35,282 nucleotides of DNA from Syntrophaceae bacterium (GCA_016928765.1 JAFGKC010000027.1:1-35282), one strand, 5' to 3'. Counted from the stretch's first letter, positions 1 to 9,169 are shown. Made by a program: numbers and translations. Notes: generated from the sequence alone by a model not told the origin.

Positions 1-786
1 GGGCTTCGGCTGAAACCAGACATTCACGTCTTCGAGCATCTCCAAATGAGAAAGCTTATAGAGAATTTCCGGCACAAGTTCTACCCTATCGGTAACAAAT
101 AATTCGACATCACGTATCTTTTTGTTGGGATATAGCCGCATACCCAACTTGGTGATAATACCCGTCGCGCCCAGCCAGCCCAAAAATAACCCCGAAAGGT
201 CGGGCAAAGCGGGCCCCTTGGAAAACCAGTAAGGGCCTAAAGACGGGGAGCCGATCAGGCAAATTTCTCCCGTAGGCAAAACGACTTCCATGCCCGTAAC
301 CATGTCGGAGTTGAAACCATATTGATTGGTCAAGCGCCCTTGCCCGTGTAACGCGACATTGGCGGCAATGGTTGTTGTGGGCGGTGCGTCGGGAATACTG
401 TGACGAAGGTGCGGATAATTTTCCTCCAGATACGCTTTGAGCACGCCCTGCGAAGTTCCTCCCTCCATAACAACGTAACGGGCTTTTTCGTTGACTTCTA
501 AAATCTTGTTCATCCGTTTCATATCCAGGACAATTCCGCCTTTCAGCGGAATAACCAGGCCGGTCAGCGCCATGCCGTTACCCATCGGTACAACGGGAAT
601 TTTCTCCCGGTTAGCAAGCTGGACAATCTTTTGCACCTGTTCGGTAGTTTTTGGCGCAACCACATAATCAGGCTTGTGCGGTTCCAAAACGCCGGGGTCG
701 CGCGAATAGAACCAGAGTTCTTCGGGCGCGTTCGATACGCCTCTTTCTCCGACAATATCGATAAGGGATTTCAGGACATCACTCAT
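1..786 (-). CDS. FAD-binding oxidoreductase (GlcD/D-lactate dehydrogenase family), 3' end outside the window
   Basis: Not in the ORF track because it has no stop in the window. ATG at 786-784 overlaps the upstream TAA (TAATG). Manual translation: MSDVLKSLIDIVGERGVS...PDYVVAPKTTEQVQKIVQLANREKIPVVPMGNG...GGIVLDMKRMNKILEVN...VTGMEVVLPTGE...LFLGWLGATGIITK, typical of the FAD_binding_4 domain. Confidence 0.9.
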   Translation of the reverse strand, partial: MSDVLKSLIDIVGERGVSNAPEELWFYSRDPGVLEPHKPDYVVAPKTTEQVQKIVQLANREKIPVVPMGNGMALTGLVIPLKGGIVLDMKRMNKILEVNEKARYVVMEGGTSQGVLKAYLEENYPHLRHSIPDAPPTTTIAANVALHGQGRLTNQYGFNSDMVTGMEVVLPTGEICLIGSPSLGPYWFSKGPALPDLSGLFLGWLGATGIITKLGMRLYPNKKIRDVELFVTDRVELVPEILYKLSHLEMLEDVNVWFQPKP

Positions 787-1817
787 TAGGCCACCTCCCT
801 TTCTTTTTCCCCAATAGCCATTTTACATAAATCGATTATGTGAATCGGTTTTAATCCTCTTTTACTGACTTTTTCCGAAAGCGCCACCTGGCAAGCGGGA
901 CAATTGAACATGCAGTATTCGGCTCCCGCCTCCAGCATATCGTCAATATTTCGCTTCTGCACGTCATCCGCCAGCTTATAGCCGGAAACAGAGCGGATGA
1001 CTTCGCCGCAACAAAGACAATTTTCATCCTGGTAAACTCTTTTTGGCATTTTCACGCCGATTAAATTCAGTATCTTTTTGACCAACGGAAGCTTATCGGG
1101 AATAAGGCGGTTGGAACACGGACGCTGATACGCAACCTTTATATTAAGCGGTTTTATTTTGCTTTTGAGCTCCTTCATCCTCTCCAGAAGAAAATCCATG
1201 TAATAAACCGGTTTGAAAGGAACTTCCATCCCATAAGCGGAAGCAATCGAAGTAAAAGTTCCGTAGCATTCATCATGCAGGCAGATAACTTCTTTCACGC
1301 CAAGCCTACGGAAATTATCGATGACCACGGGCAAGCGTTCTTTGATTACTGACATTTGCGCGAAGTGCGTGTGCACCGCCGGGCACATAAATTCCGCGCC
1401 GAAGGCGCCGGCGGTAGCGACATCCTTAAAAATTTCTCCCGTGCCTAAAGCTCCCAGTTCGGCAATGTAGCAACAAGAGAGAGCTTTGTCTTTGACATCA
1501 CCCACCAAATATTTACCCTGCATCTCAGTCATATTAATCCACTGATTGGTAATGGGGCGCGCCGCGGTGAGCATGCCCTTTTCTTCGCGCCGCTCAGAAA
1601 TGAGATAAAATGGATGGTTGCCTCTTTTGCAATATTCCTCGCATGCATAACAGGTCACGCATTCGTGCAAGACACGCGAATCCTTGCCGCGGACAATTTT
1701 CATCATTTCCGCGTGCGCTTCCTTATGCCCGCTGAAAGTCATATACTGGCACTTCAAAAGACAATCGCTGGAAGGACATGTCGCGCAGACCTTCTCGTTA
1801 AATTTCAGTTTATACAT
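786..1817 (-). CDS. (Fe-S)-binding protein with ferredoxin-like motifs and a CCG domain (HdrD/GlcF-like)
   Basis: CATCPSSDCLLKC, CVTCYACEEYC, then QRPCSN...CLCCG...NCPAC (CCG domain). GGAGGT RBS upstream; translationally coupled to the FAD oxidoreductase. Confidence 0.85.
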   Translation of the reverse strand: MYKLKFNEKVCATCPSSDCLLKCQYMTFSGHKEAHAEMMKIVRGKDSRVLHECVTCYACEEYCKRGNHPFYLISERREEKGMLTAARPITNQWINMTEMQGKYLVGDVKDKALSCCYIAELGALGTGEIFKDVATAGAFGAEFMCPAVHTHFAQMSVIKERLPVVIDNFRRLGVKEVICLHDECYGTFTSIASAYGMEVPFKPVYYMDFLLERMKELKSKIKPLNIKVAYQRPCSNRLIPDKLPLVKKILNLIGVKMPKRVYQDENCLCCGEVIRSVSGYKLADDVQKRNIDDMLEAGAEYCMFNCPACQVALSEKVSKRGLKPIHIIDLCKMAIGEKEREVA

Positions 1818-1887
1818 TGGAAACCTCCATATTTCTTATAATCCTCTTACATTGACGGCCGTTCGAGTTAAAAATACCATTATTTGA

Positions 1888-2514
1888 TTATTCCTTCATG
1901 CTATCGATGATAATTTCCGCGACAATCCGAGCGCCTATTCCCGGCGCTAAAACACATTTTTCTCGCGCGTTGCTGGAATTGAATTCTTTAAAATTTTCCA
2001 TACTGGCCATGGGATCGAAGTATTTCCCCAGTAACTTTTTTTGAATATCCGGACAATACAAACTGCCGAAAACCTCTTCGTATTTTCTAATGAATATTCG
2101 CGAATACATATAAGCTTTGGTAGCATCATGTTCTGTTGCATTCTTATTGGAAAAAAATAATCCCAGAGCAATCATTCCTCCAGCAACCGGACCGCAAATT
2201 CCGCCGGACATGGCAATACCGGGAAACGGGGACAAACCTCTTATGATTTCCATATTGCCTAATCCGAACTCTTCAAATAAAGCTGTCGCGGCACCTTTGG
2301 CGCAATTTCTGGTAAGATAGCAATACTCTTCCGCCCGGTGTTGCACGCGCTCAAGAATCGTTTCTTTCTCGCGCAACGTTTTTTCCCGGTCGAATGTTTT
2401 TGGGGTAATACCGTTACTGACAAGCTTGCCAAAACGCGCTTCAATTTGAGTTATATCCCATTCACACTGAGATAGTTCTTTTTGACGTTTACTGATATCG
2501 AAAATATAAGGCAT
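1888..2514 (-). CDS. C-GCAxxG-C-C family putative redox protein
   Basis: NCAKG...GGICGPVAGG...FGSLYCPDI...EKC cysteine pattern. Confidence 0.85.
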   Translation of the reverse strand: MPYIFDISKRQKELSQCEWDITQIEARFGKLVSNGITPKTFDREKTLREKETILERVQHRAEEYCYLTRNCAKGAATALFEEFGLGNMEIIRGLSPFPGIAMSGGICGPVAGGMIALGLFFSNKNATEHDATKAYMYSRIFIRKYEEVFGSLYCPDIQKKLLGKYFDPMASMENFKEFNSSNAREKCVLAPGIGARIVAEIIIDSMKE

Positions 2515-2588
2515 GGTTAAAACTCTTTTTTTACAAAATATTTTTGTTAATGATAATCATAAAACGAATGCTAGTTTCTCCGTTACTG

Positions 2589-3443
2589 CTAGGAGGCCAA
2601 ACTTACTTTGTTGTACGGGTCATCGTAAAGAGATGACGGATTATAACCGTAAACCTCCTTAAAAGACGACGAAAAATGGGATAAATTTTCAAAGCCAACT
2701 TCCAGATAAACGTCGGATGGAGTTTTATGTTTTTCTTTGATCAGGTAATGAGCAAACTCCAGGCGTTTTTTCTTAAGCCACCGACTGGGAGACTGATCAA
2801 ATATTTTTTCGAAATCTCTTTTAAATGTCGAAAGGCTTCTGCCCGTCATTTTGGCAAAAGTTTCCAGAGGCACGTTAAACATGAAATTTTTACACATAAA
2901 TTCTTCAAGGTCTATTTTACCGGGTTCGGTAAAGTTAAAAATTAAATGATATAAGGAAGAATCTATCTGCAGCAAAAGTAAGACTGCTTCACTTGTCTTG
3001 ATCTCGCTCAATTCTTTACCCAGCTTCAATCCGGAATCAAAGTAAAGATAAAGCGAATCAAAAAGATTTTTCATCAGCGGCGTGGAAGTTACTCTTTTTA
3101 CATTAACATAATTGCAGCCGTGATTGCCGAGCTTAGTATCAACGCTATTTTCTGCCAGATGATCTTTGAGGAACGGTTTTTTTATAAAAATACTCAGGGA
3201 TTTAAAATTTTCTCCATTGTCATCTGGATACTTAGTAAATTTTGCCAGAGTGTTTCTACGGACAAAAATGGTATCTCCCCGCTTTAAAACATTTCGCGAA
3301 TCAGCCTCAGTGATATCCAGCTTGCCGGAAAGAATGTAAATTAAAGCGTGATCCGGAACATATTGTTCCTTTTCCGTTACTTTATCAGCACGGACAGAAC
3401 AAAAAATACTGTTGCTTTTATAGCTTAGTTCATGGTCTTCCAT
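2589..3443 (-). CDS. AraC family transcriptional regulator
   Basis: C-terminal double HTH: FAKMTGRSLSTFKRDF...VYLEVGFENLSHFSSSFKEVYGYNPS; cupin-like N-terminus. Confidence 0.93.
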   Translation of the reverse strand: MEDHELSYKSNSIFCSVRADKVTEKEQYVPDHALIYILSGKLDITEADSRNVLKRGDTIFVRRNTLAKFTKYPDDNGENFKSLSIFIKKPFLKDHLAENSVDTKLGNHGCNYVNVKRVTSTPLMKNLFDSLYLYFDSGLKLGKELSEIKTSEAVLLLLQIDSSLYHLIFNFTEPGKIDLEEFMCKNFMFNVPLETFAKMTGRSLSTFKRDFEKIFDQSPSRWLKKKRLEFAHYLIKEKHKTPSDVYLEVGFENLSHFSSSFKEVYGYNPSSLYDDPYNKVSLAS

Positions 3444-3639
3444 ATTCTCTCTTGCCAGACTTGATACGACTCAAATTTTATTTGAGTACATGAGGAGTAT
3501 CCGCGTCAAGTTAATAAATATTTCCAGCTAATACTTGTTGTTTCCGCTTTCTCTTCGAGTATTTATTTAATGCCTGCTCAGGCAGAACATCTCCACCGTT
3601 TTTATCGCTCATAAATTATGGAACTATTAGCGGTAAACA

Positions 3640-4347
3640 TCAGGTTTTTCTCAGTGACCAAAAGGGTCCGGTTTTGCCGATTTCTTGCATCGTGGTTACC
3701 CACTCCATCATATATTCACGCATATGGGAAAAATAATCAGGATCCAGCCGCCGCCTAAACATCTGTCCCGAAAATAATTTAAGCAAATCCGGAAGAGCGA
3801 ATATGCCCTCTTCCGTACCCGGTTTAAATTGCGCCCAATTACGAAGATGTTCTTCCGACCGGAAGAATGTCATCGTCGATCAGGCGTAACTTATATTTTC
3901 CATCCATCGCGCAAAAGGCACGGCTACATAGCCAATTATTTCCTTAGGATCAACTTTTAAAATCACCCCGTCACGGACTTCCAGATGCATAGATTCGCCG
4001 CAATCCAGACACGGGGTATCTATATTTACTATTTTGCCCGGGAAAAGCCAGCTGACCGCCAGCGATTCAAAAGCTCATTGGCCAAACCATTTTTGTTGTC
4101 TGTCGATGGTGATGCGAAACTGCGTGGGCTGATTATTAAAAGGAGCAAAAGAAGCAATAAAATCCGTGCCGGGCGCCAACCAGCCGGGAATTCCCTTAGA
4201 AAAAAGTTCGCGCAGATTCTGGCGTCCTTCTTCCATGGAAACTTCAAGCTCTTTAGCTATTTCCGTATAGTGAGGAGCTTGGCCAGTGTCTACCATTCGC
4301 TTCATAATAAAATAATGAGTTTTATTCAATGCGGTAAGGTCACTCAT
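3640..4347 (-). CDS. MerB (organomercurial lyase)-like protein with two predicted selenocysteines (235 aa)
   Basis: Track ORFs 4075..4377 and 3640..3873 are in one frame, linked by a stop-free 64-codon segment. TGAs at 4077-4075 (KWFGQ-U-AFES) and 3882-3880 (SYA-U-STMTFFRSEEH) match the MerB WCALD and FCxxxHFF cysteines; PCLDCG lies between them. ATG 4347 has a GGAGGT RBS. A hairpin follows each TGA. Confidence 0.85.
3850..3867 (-). promoter_or_regulatory. SECIS-like hairpin for the second UGA of the MerB-like gene
   Basis: TTCTTCC-GGTC-GGAAGAA, perfect 7-bp stem starting 12 nt after the TGA. Confidence 0.8.
4051..4063 (-). promoter_or_regulatory. SECIS-like hairpin for the first UGA of the MerB-like gene
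   Basis: GCTG-GCGGT-CAGC starting 11 nt after the TGA; GGTC begins at +18 as in prxU. The stem is short. Confidence 0.6.
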
Positions 4348-4382
4348 GGCATTTACCTCCTGATAATAACATTTCACAGAAG

Positions 4383-4411
4383 ATAATAAATAAACACCCG
4401 AAACGTGTCAA
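4383..4411 (-). promoter_or_regulatory. sigma70-type promoter for the MerB-like gene
   Basis: TTGACA-N17-TATTAT on the minus strand, ending 35 nt upstream of ATG 4347. Confidence 0.75.
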
Positions 4412-4452
4412 GGCAATAAACTTTGGCACGGGAAATAACGCGTAATTCTAAA
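4405..4452 (+). repeat. Imperfect ~48-bp direct repeat, copy 1 (copy 2 at 10530-10577)
   Basis: GTGTCAAGGCAATAAACTT (19 nt) is identical in both copies; about 40 of 48 positions match overall by manual alignment. Confidence 0.85.
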
Positions 4453-4589
4453 GGCATTGAAGAAAAAAAGAAGTATATAATTTTCTGTTAATCTTTGGCT
4501 AATAAATAAAACCTCTCTCTCCTCAAAAAAATTACCATAATTTTTCTTAATAAATCTTTTTGTTTCAATTAGATAGAGGTAAATACACT

Positions 4590-5423
4590 TTAATATTCCA
4601 GGTAGCTGTGGAGGCCAGCGAGTATATAATTAACTCCCAGATAAGTAAAAACAACACAGGCAAAACCTACTATTGAAATCAATGACATCCTAATACCCCT
4701 CCATCCTCTCGCAAGGCGGGCATGAAGAAAGGCACCATATATAAACCACGTTATCAATGACCAGGTTTCCTTAGGATCCCAACCCCAGTATCTTCCCCAC
4801 GCGCGGTCAGCCCAGGCAGCACCCGTTATTATTCCCAGCGTCAGTAATACAAATCCAATTGATATTATCTTATAAGTTATTTCATCCAAAAAGGCTGTGT
4901 CTGGCAACAGGTTGACGATATTGTTATTAATTATTTTTTTCAAAAGATAAAGAATGCTCAAGCCGAACGCGATGGCGAAACATCCATATGCAAGAAAAGA
5001 ACTAATCACATGGCTTATAAGCCAGTTGCTTTGAAGAGCAGGAATCAACGGTTGGATCTGACAATCCAGAGTGTTTGATAAAGATACATACGCAAGTATT
5101 AAAAACGCAAAGAATACAGAAAACATACTTATAAGACTATTCTTATATTGTTTTCTTATGAGCAAGAAAATAAAAACGATTGACCAAGAAAAAAAGACGA
5201 GAGATTCATAAAAATTTGACAACGGGGCATGTCCTATTCCCAACTGATACGAATGTATCCATCGGATAATCAACGCCAGCGAATGGAGCATAAGACCACC
5301 GACGGCAACCACTGTTGCTATCTTTTCCGCATTATCTTTCCGGAAAACAACGGAAACAAGAAAGATAAAGGCCGAGAGAAAATAAAGAAACGTGACTATG
5401 CTGACAATAAAAGTGTCATTCAT
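4590..5423 (-). CDS. ccsA: Cytochrome c biogenesis System II heme lyase subunit (CcsA/ResC)
   Basis: WWD motif WADRAWGRYWGWDPKETW, HAPLSNFYES, C-terminal GLHSY, multiple TM helices. Confidence 0.95.
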   Translation of the reverse strand: MNDTFIVSIVTFLYFLSAFIFLVSVVFRKDNAEKIATVVAVGGLMLHSLALIIRWIHSYQLGIGHAPLSNFYESLVFFSWSIVFIFLLIRKQYKNSLISMFSVFFAFLILAYVSLSNTLDCQIQPLIPALQSNWLISHVISSFLAYGCFAIAFGLSILYLLKKIINNNIVNLLPDTAFLDEITYKIISIGFVLLTLGIITGAAWADRAWGRYWGWDPKETWSLITWFIYGAFLHARLARGWRGIRMSLISIVGFACVVFTYLGVNYILAGLHSYLEY

Positions 5424-6745
5424 GCTGTTTCGCCTTCCAGATATTCTGTAATCATTCTGTTTATTTTCTCCTTAAAAATATCTTTATTCTTACTAGTACT
5501 CGCCGCGATAGAAATTTCACATCCTTCCTTTTCTGTTGATACGCGAACCCATACTCTTATATGTTCAAAAAAAATACTTGATATAAATCCTACAATAATC
5601 AGGATAAAACCGATCCAGACGAGAATAACACCCGGATCTTTGTTAACCTGTATGCCGGAATAATAAACGATATCAAAATCATTTAACATAAAAACGTAAT
5701 CGCCTCTTTGTATTGGCGAGTTTTTATTCAACCAAAATATATCGTGTTCCTCACCCGGCTTTATTAAAACACCAAGCGCTGCTGGGCCTTGCCCCATATA
5801 ATCGGATTCAAACCTAGCCACGGCAAACGACAAATCATTACCGGAAACGGGGACTTTGTTCATCATATCCAGCGTTAAAAGGTTCTCTTCTTTTGTGGTC
5901 ATATTTATTACTTTAACCCGGAAATTATAGGCGCCGGCAACGCCAAAGGAAGCCTGTGAAAATTTAAAACCTTTATAAGTCAGAGGATGATTTACCCTGA
6001 TCACGCTTTTAAACACTTCTTTATCCTCATTTATTATGGTCAGGACCGTTTTATATTCTTTGGGTATCCCGTTTTTATAATATTTCAAGGAAAAATTATC
6101 GCAAGCAACATAAAAGTCGAGTTTCTTTGTGCCTTCATTCCCGAATAAATATACAGTATCGGATTTTCCGCCTTCGACCAGATTCATCTGACCACCAAAC
6201 CCCCATATGGCGCCGATTAACCCACCTGCAAAAATGAAGAGCACACTGACATGCACCAGAATCATTCCAAACCTGGAAAACTTGCCTTTTTCAATAAAAT
6301 AATAAAAAACGCCGTTGTTACTTACTCGGGTTAAAGAATTTGAAATAGATTTCAGAAACAAGCTCACTCTTTTTTCAATATCCGATTGGGGTTCTTTAAA
6401 GTACAAGGTATTCATGATCTGTGACGACGTAAACAAAGAATCGTCGATTTTCTTTCCTGATTTAATTGTTATTTTGGCGACACGCGGAATTTGCTTTAAG
6501 GTACACGCGATAAGGTTTACCGATAATAAAATTAAAAGAAAAGTGAACCACCAAGAATGATAAAGATCAAAAATGTTGAAAAATTTTAGGACATGAAAAA
6601 ATGTTTCGCCGAATATTTGCCTGTATTTATCTGGCGTTAAACCTTGCTCTATAATCGTACCAAAAATTGAGCTTGCGGCAATTACCAAAAAGAGGGTTAC
6701 AGTAAGTTTTACAGAAGAAAGTAAATCATATATTTTTGTTTTCAT
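5420..6745 (-). CDS. resB: Cytochrome c biogenesis System II protein (ResB/Ccs1)
   Basis: SIFGTIIEQ, YHSWWF, LVHVS, VNHPLTYKG, DPGVILVWIG motifs; 4-bp overlap with ccsA. Confidence 0.93.
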   Translation of the reverse strand: MKTKIYDLLSSVKLTVTLFLVIAASSIFGTIIEQGLTPDKYRQIFGETFFHVLKFFNIFDLYHSWWFTFLLILLSVNLIACTLKQIPRVAKITIKSGKKIDDSLFTSSQIMNTLYFKEPQSDIEKRVSLFLKSISNSLTRVSNNGVFYYFIEKGKFSRFGMILVHVSVLFIFAGGLIGAIWGFGGQMNLVEGGKSDTVYLFGNEGTKKLDFYVACDNFSLKYYKNGIPKEYKTVLTIINEDKEVFKSVIRVNHPLTYKGFKFSQASFGVAGAYNFRVKVINMTTKEENLLTLDMMNKVPVSGNDLSFAVARFESDYMGQGPAALGVLIKPGEEHDIFWLNKNSPIQRGDYVFMLNDFDIVYYSGIQVNKDPGVILVWIGFILIIVGFISSIFFEHIRVWVRVSTEKEGCEISIAASTSKNKDIFKEKINRMITEYLEGETA

Positions 6746-6930
6746 AATTTTTCCGGGAGCTTTGGATTACTATATATCAGAAAGAACAGTCAAGCACATA
6801 GTGCTTATGAATTGAAAAGAATTTTTGCCAGAATGCATTATATTATTGAAATATTGTTAAATCGCTGTTATAAAAAAATAAGTTAAAACTTGCTCGATTT
6901 TTCGTTAAAATTAAAAATGGGGGGCTTAAT

Positions 6931-8550
6931 ATGATAATTAAAACTAGATCGATCACTCGTGGAAAGACATGCTTTATTATCGGTTGCCTGTCATTCGTTT
7001 TACTGACAAGTATTTGTTGGGCATCCTCGTCTTCTGGCAAATCCGACGTTCAGAAATTATCTACTGTATCAAAACCGACTGCGGACCACGCCAAATTCAT
7101 TATCCTCAATCAGCACATGAAACAAGGGCCCGACGCAACCAAGGCATGTCTTACTTGCCACACCGAGGCAGCAAAACAAGTTCAAAATAATATCCACTGG
7201 ACTTGGGGATTAGACAAGATGGGAAAGGAGGGAATGGGCAAAGCCCGTATTATAAACAACTTCTGAATTTCCCCGCGTACTAACTGGTGCAGGTGCACCA
7301 GCTGCCATGCCGGTTACGGTTGGAAAGATGAAAAATTTGATTTCACGGCTCAACAAAATGTTGACTGTTTAATATGTCATGAACATTCAGGCCAATACAA
7401 GAAATTCCCTACGGATTGCGGACATCCTGCTTATAAGCAGAAGGAATTTGGCGGTAAAGTCTTTAAGCCAGTCAATCTCAATCTAGCGGCAAAGTCCGTA
7501 GGTAAACCTACTTTAAAAAATTGCGGCGCGTGCCATTTCTATGGCGGCGGCGGCGATGGGGTTAAACATGGAGATTTGAATTCTTCAATCCTCTCAGCCA
7601 ATAGAGATCTGGACGTTCACATGTCTAAAGAAGGCGCAAACCTTACATGTACCGACTGTCATACAACGGTTAATCACGAAATGTCAGGCAGGTATTACAC
7701 AAAACGCGCTTTATTAAATCGTCAAGCGACAGCGCTCGGAAGCCATCTTTCGTGCGAATCTTGTCATGGAGCGACACCCCACAAAAACTCGGCTAAACTC
7801 AATGACCACACGGACAAAGTTTCCTGTCAGGCGTGCCACATCCCCGGTTTTGCGCGGAGCTCGGTAAGCACGTTGATGTCGTGGGATTGGTCAACAGCAG
7901 GAAAATTTACAGCTGACAAAAAACCAATAACCAAAAAAGACACTGACGGAAACCCCATTTATAACACGATGAAAGGGGATATGGTCTGGGGAAAAAATGT
8001 CACTCCCATTTATGCCTGGTACAATGGCGCAATGAAATATACAACTATGAAAGACACTCTTCCGGCTAGCCGTCCAGTTGAAATTAATCAACCTCTGGGC
8101 GATTATAATGACCCGGAAGCGAGAATTTTTCCCTTCAAGTATTTCCAGGGCCGCCAGGTTTACGACGCGGAGACTAACCGTTTCGTCATAAGTAAGCTGT
8201 TTGGCCCCAAAGGTAGCGGTGCTTACTGGTCAGATTATAATTGGCAGAAGTCAGTGGAAGTCGGCATGGCTGAATCGGGAGAAAAATTCAGCGGAAAAAT
8301 TGATTTTGTTGATACAGCAATGTATTGGCCTGTTACGCACATGGTCGCGCCGAAAGAGAACTCTTTGCAATGCGCGGCCTGTCACGCTCGTAACGGGCGT
8401 CTTGCCAGCGTTGCGGGTTTCTACCTTCCGGGACGTGATCGGGTTAAATGGCTGGATATTATTGGCTGGTCATTGTTTATTCTCTCAATCATTGGCGTAT
8501 TGGCACATGGTTTTGGACGTTTAATTTTCCGGTTGAAAAGGAGTAAGTAA
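6931..8550 (+). CDS. Octaheme tetrathionate reductase (OTR)-family cytochrome c with predicted selenocysteine at residue 112 (539 aa)
   Basis: Track ORFs 6931..7266 and 7576..8550 are in frame with no stop between except TGA 7264-7266. Readthrough gives eight CxxCH motifs (CLTCH, CTSCH, CLICH, CGACH, CTDCH, CESCH, CQACH, CAACH), HWTW...GK...NNF-U, and GGGGDGVKHGD. N-terminal signal peptide and C-terminal TM anchor. Confidence 0.9.
7284..7301 (+). promoter_or_regulatory. SECIS-like hairpin of the octaheme cytochrome
   Basis: CTGGTGC-AGGT-GCACCAG, perfect 7-bp GC-rich stem starting 17 nt after the TGA. Confidence 0.8.
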
Positions 8551-8551
8551 A

Positions 8552-9163
8552 ATGAAGCAAGTTATTATGTATCAAGGCACTGAAAGGTTATGGCATTGGT
8601 TACAGGCGGCTTTAATAATTTTTCTTCTGCTAACCGGTTTTGAACTACACGGAACTTACGAAATATTCGGCTATGAAGACGCGTATGAGCTTCACGCATT
8701 TGCCGCTTGGACGATGATAATAACAACCCTTTTCGCTATTGTCTGGCATATATACACTCATGAGTGGAGACAATACATACCAACACTTAAAGATCTCGAT
8801 AAAGTAATCCGCTGCTACCTAATAGGTATATTTTATGATGAACCGCACCCTTTTAAGAAAAAGCCAGAAGCAAAATTAAATCCATTGCAAAGGCTAAGTT
8901 ATCTGTATATTTTATTAATTGTGTTCCCAGTTCTTATAATCAGCGGATTGGTTTGTTTTTTTTACAACGAGCTCCAGGCTATGGGTTTGCCCATATCTTT
9001 TGAAGCATTCGCGATTATTCATACGATCTGCGCATTTTTGATGCTTATCTTTCTGGTGATACATATTTATATGACCACCACAGGCAAAACTCCCTGGGCA
9101 TACACTGTGTCGATGATCACCGGACGTGATGAGATTGAAGAAGAAGATACTAAGCTGGCATAA
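8552..9163 (+). CDS. Cytochrome b membrane subunit (PhsC / Ni-Fe hydrogenase cytochrome b family)
   Basis: ERLWHWLQA, KLNPLQRLSY, His pairs in four TM helices (HT...HIYM); starts 1 nt after the octaheme gene stop. Confidence 0.9.
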   Translation: MKQVIMYQGTERLWHWLQAALIIFLLLTGFELHGTYEIFGYEDAYELHAFAAWTMIITTLFAIVWHIYTHEWRQYIPTLKDLDKVIRCYLIGIFYDEPHPFKKKPEAKLNPLQRLSYLYILLIVFPVLIISGLVCFFYNELQAMGLPISFEAFAIIHTICAFLMLIFLVIHIYMTTTGKTPWAYTVSMITGRDEIEEEDTKLA

Positions 9164-9169
9164 ACGCAA

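Noticed and set aside
3616-3642. Third Sec at the terminal TGA of the MerB-like gene (followed by TGT)
   Set aside because: Only seven codons follow before TAA and there is no G-loop hairpin like the other five.
3640-4347. Classical mer resistance operon
   Set aside because: No merR, merA, merT or merP in the window; the flavoprotein at 27371-29071 has the single-Cys CoADR site, not the MerA CxxxxC.
4424-4440. sigma54 promoter at TGGCACG
   Set aside because: No TTGC -12 element at the correct spacing, not kept in the second repeat copy, and no plus-strand gene follows.
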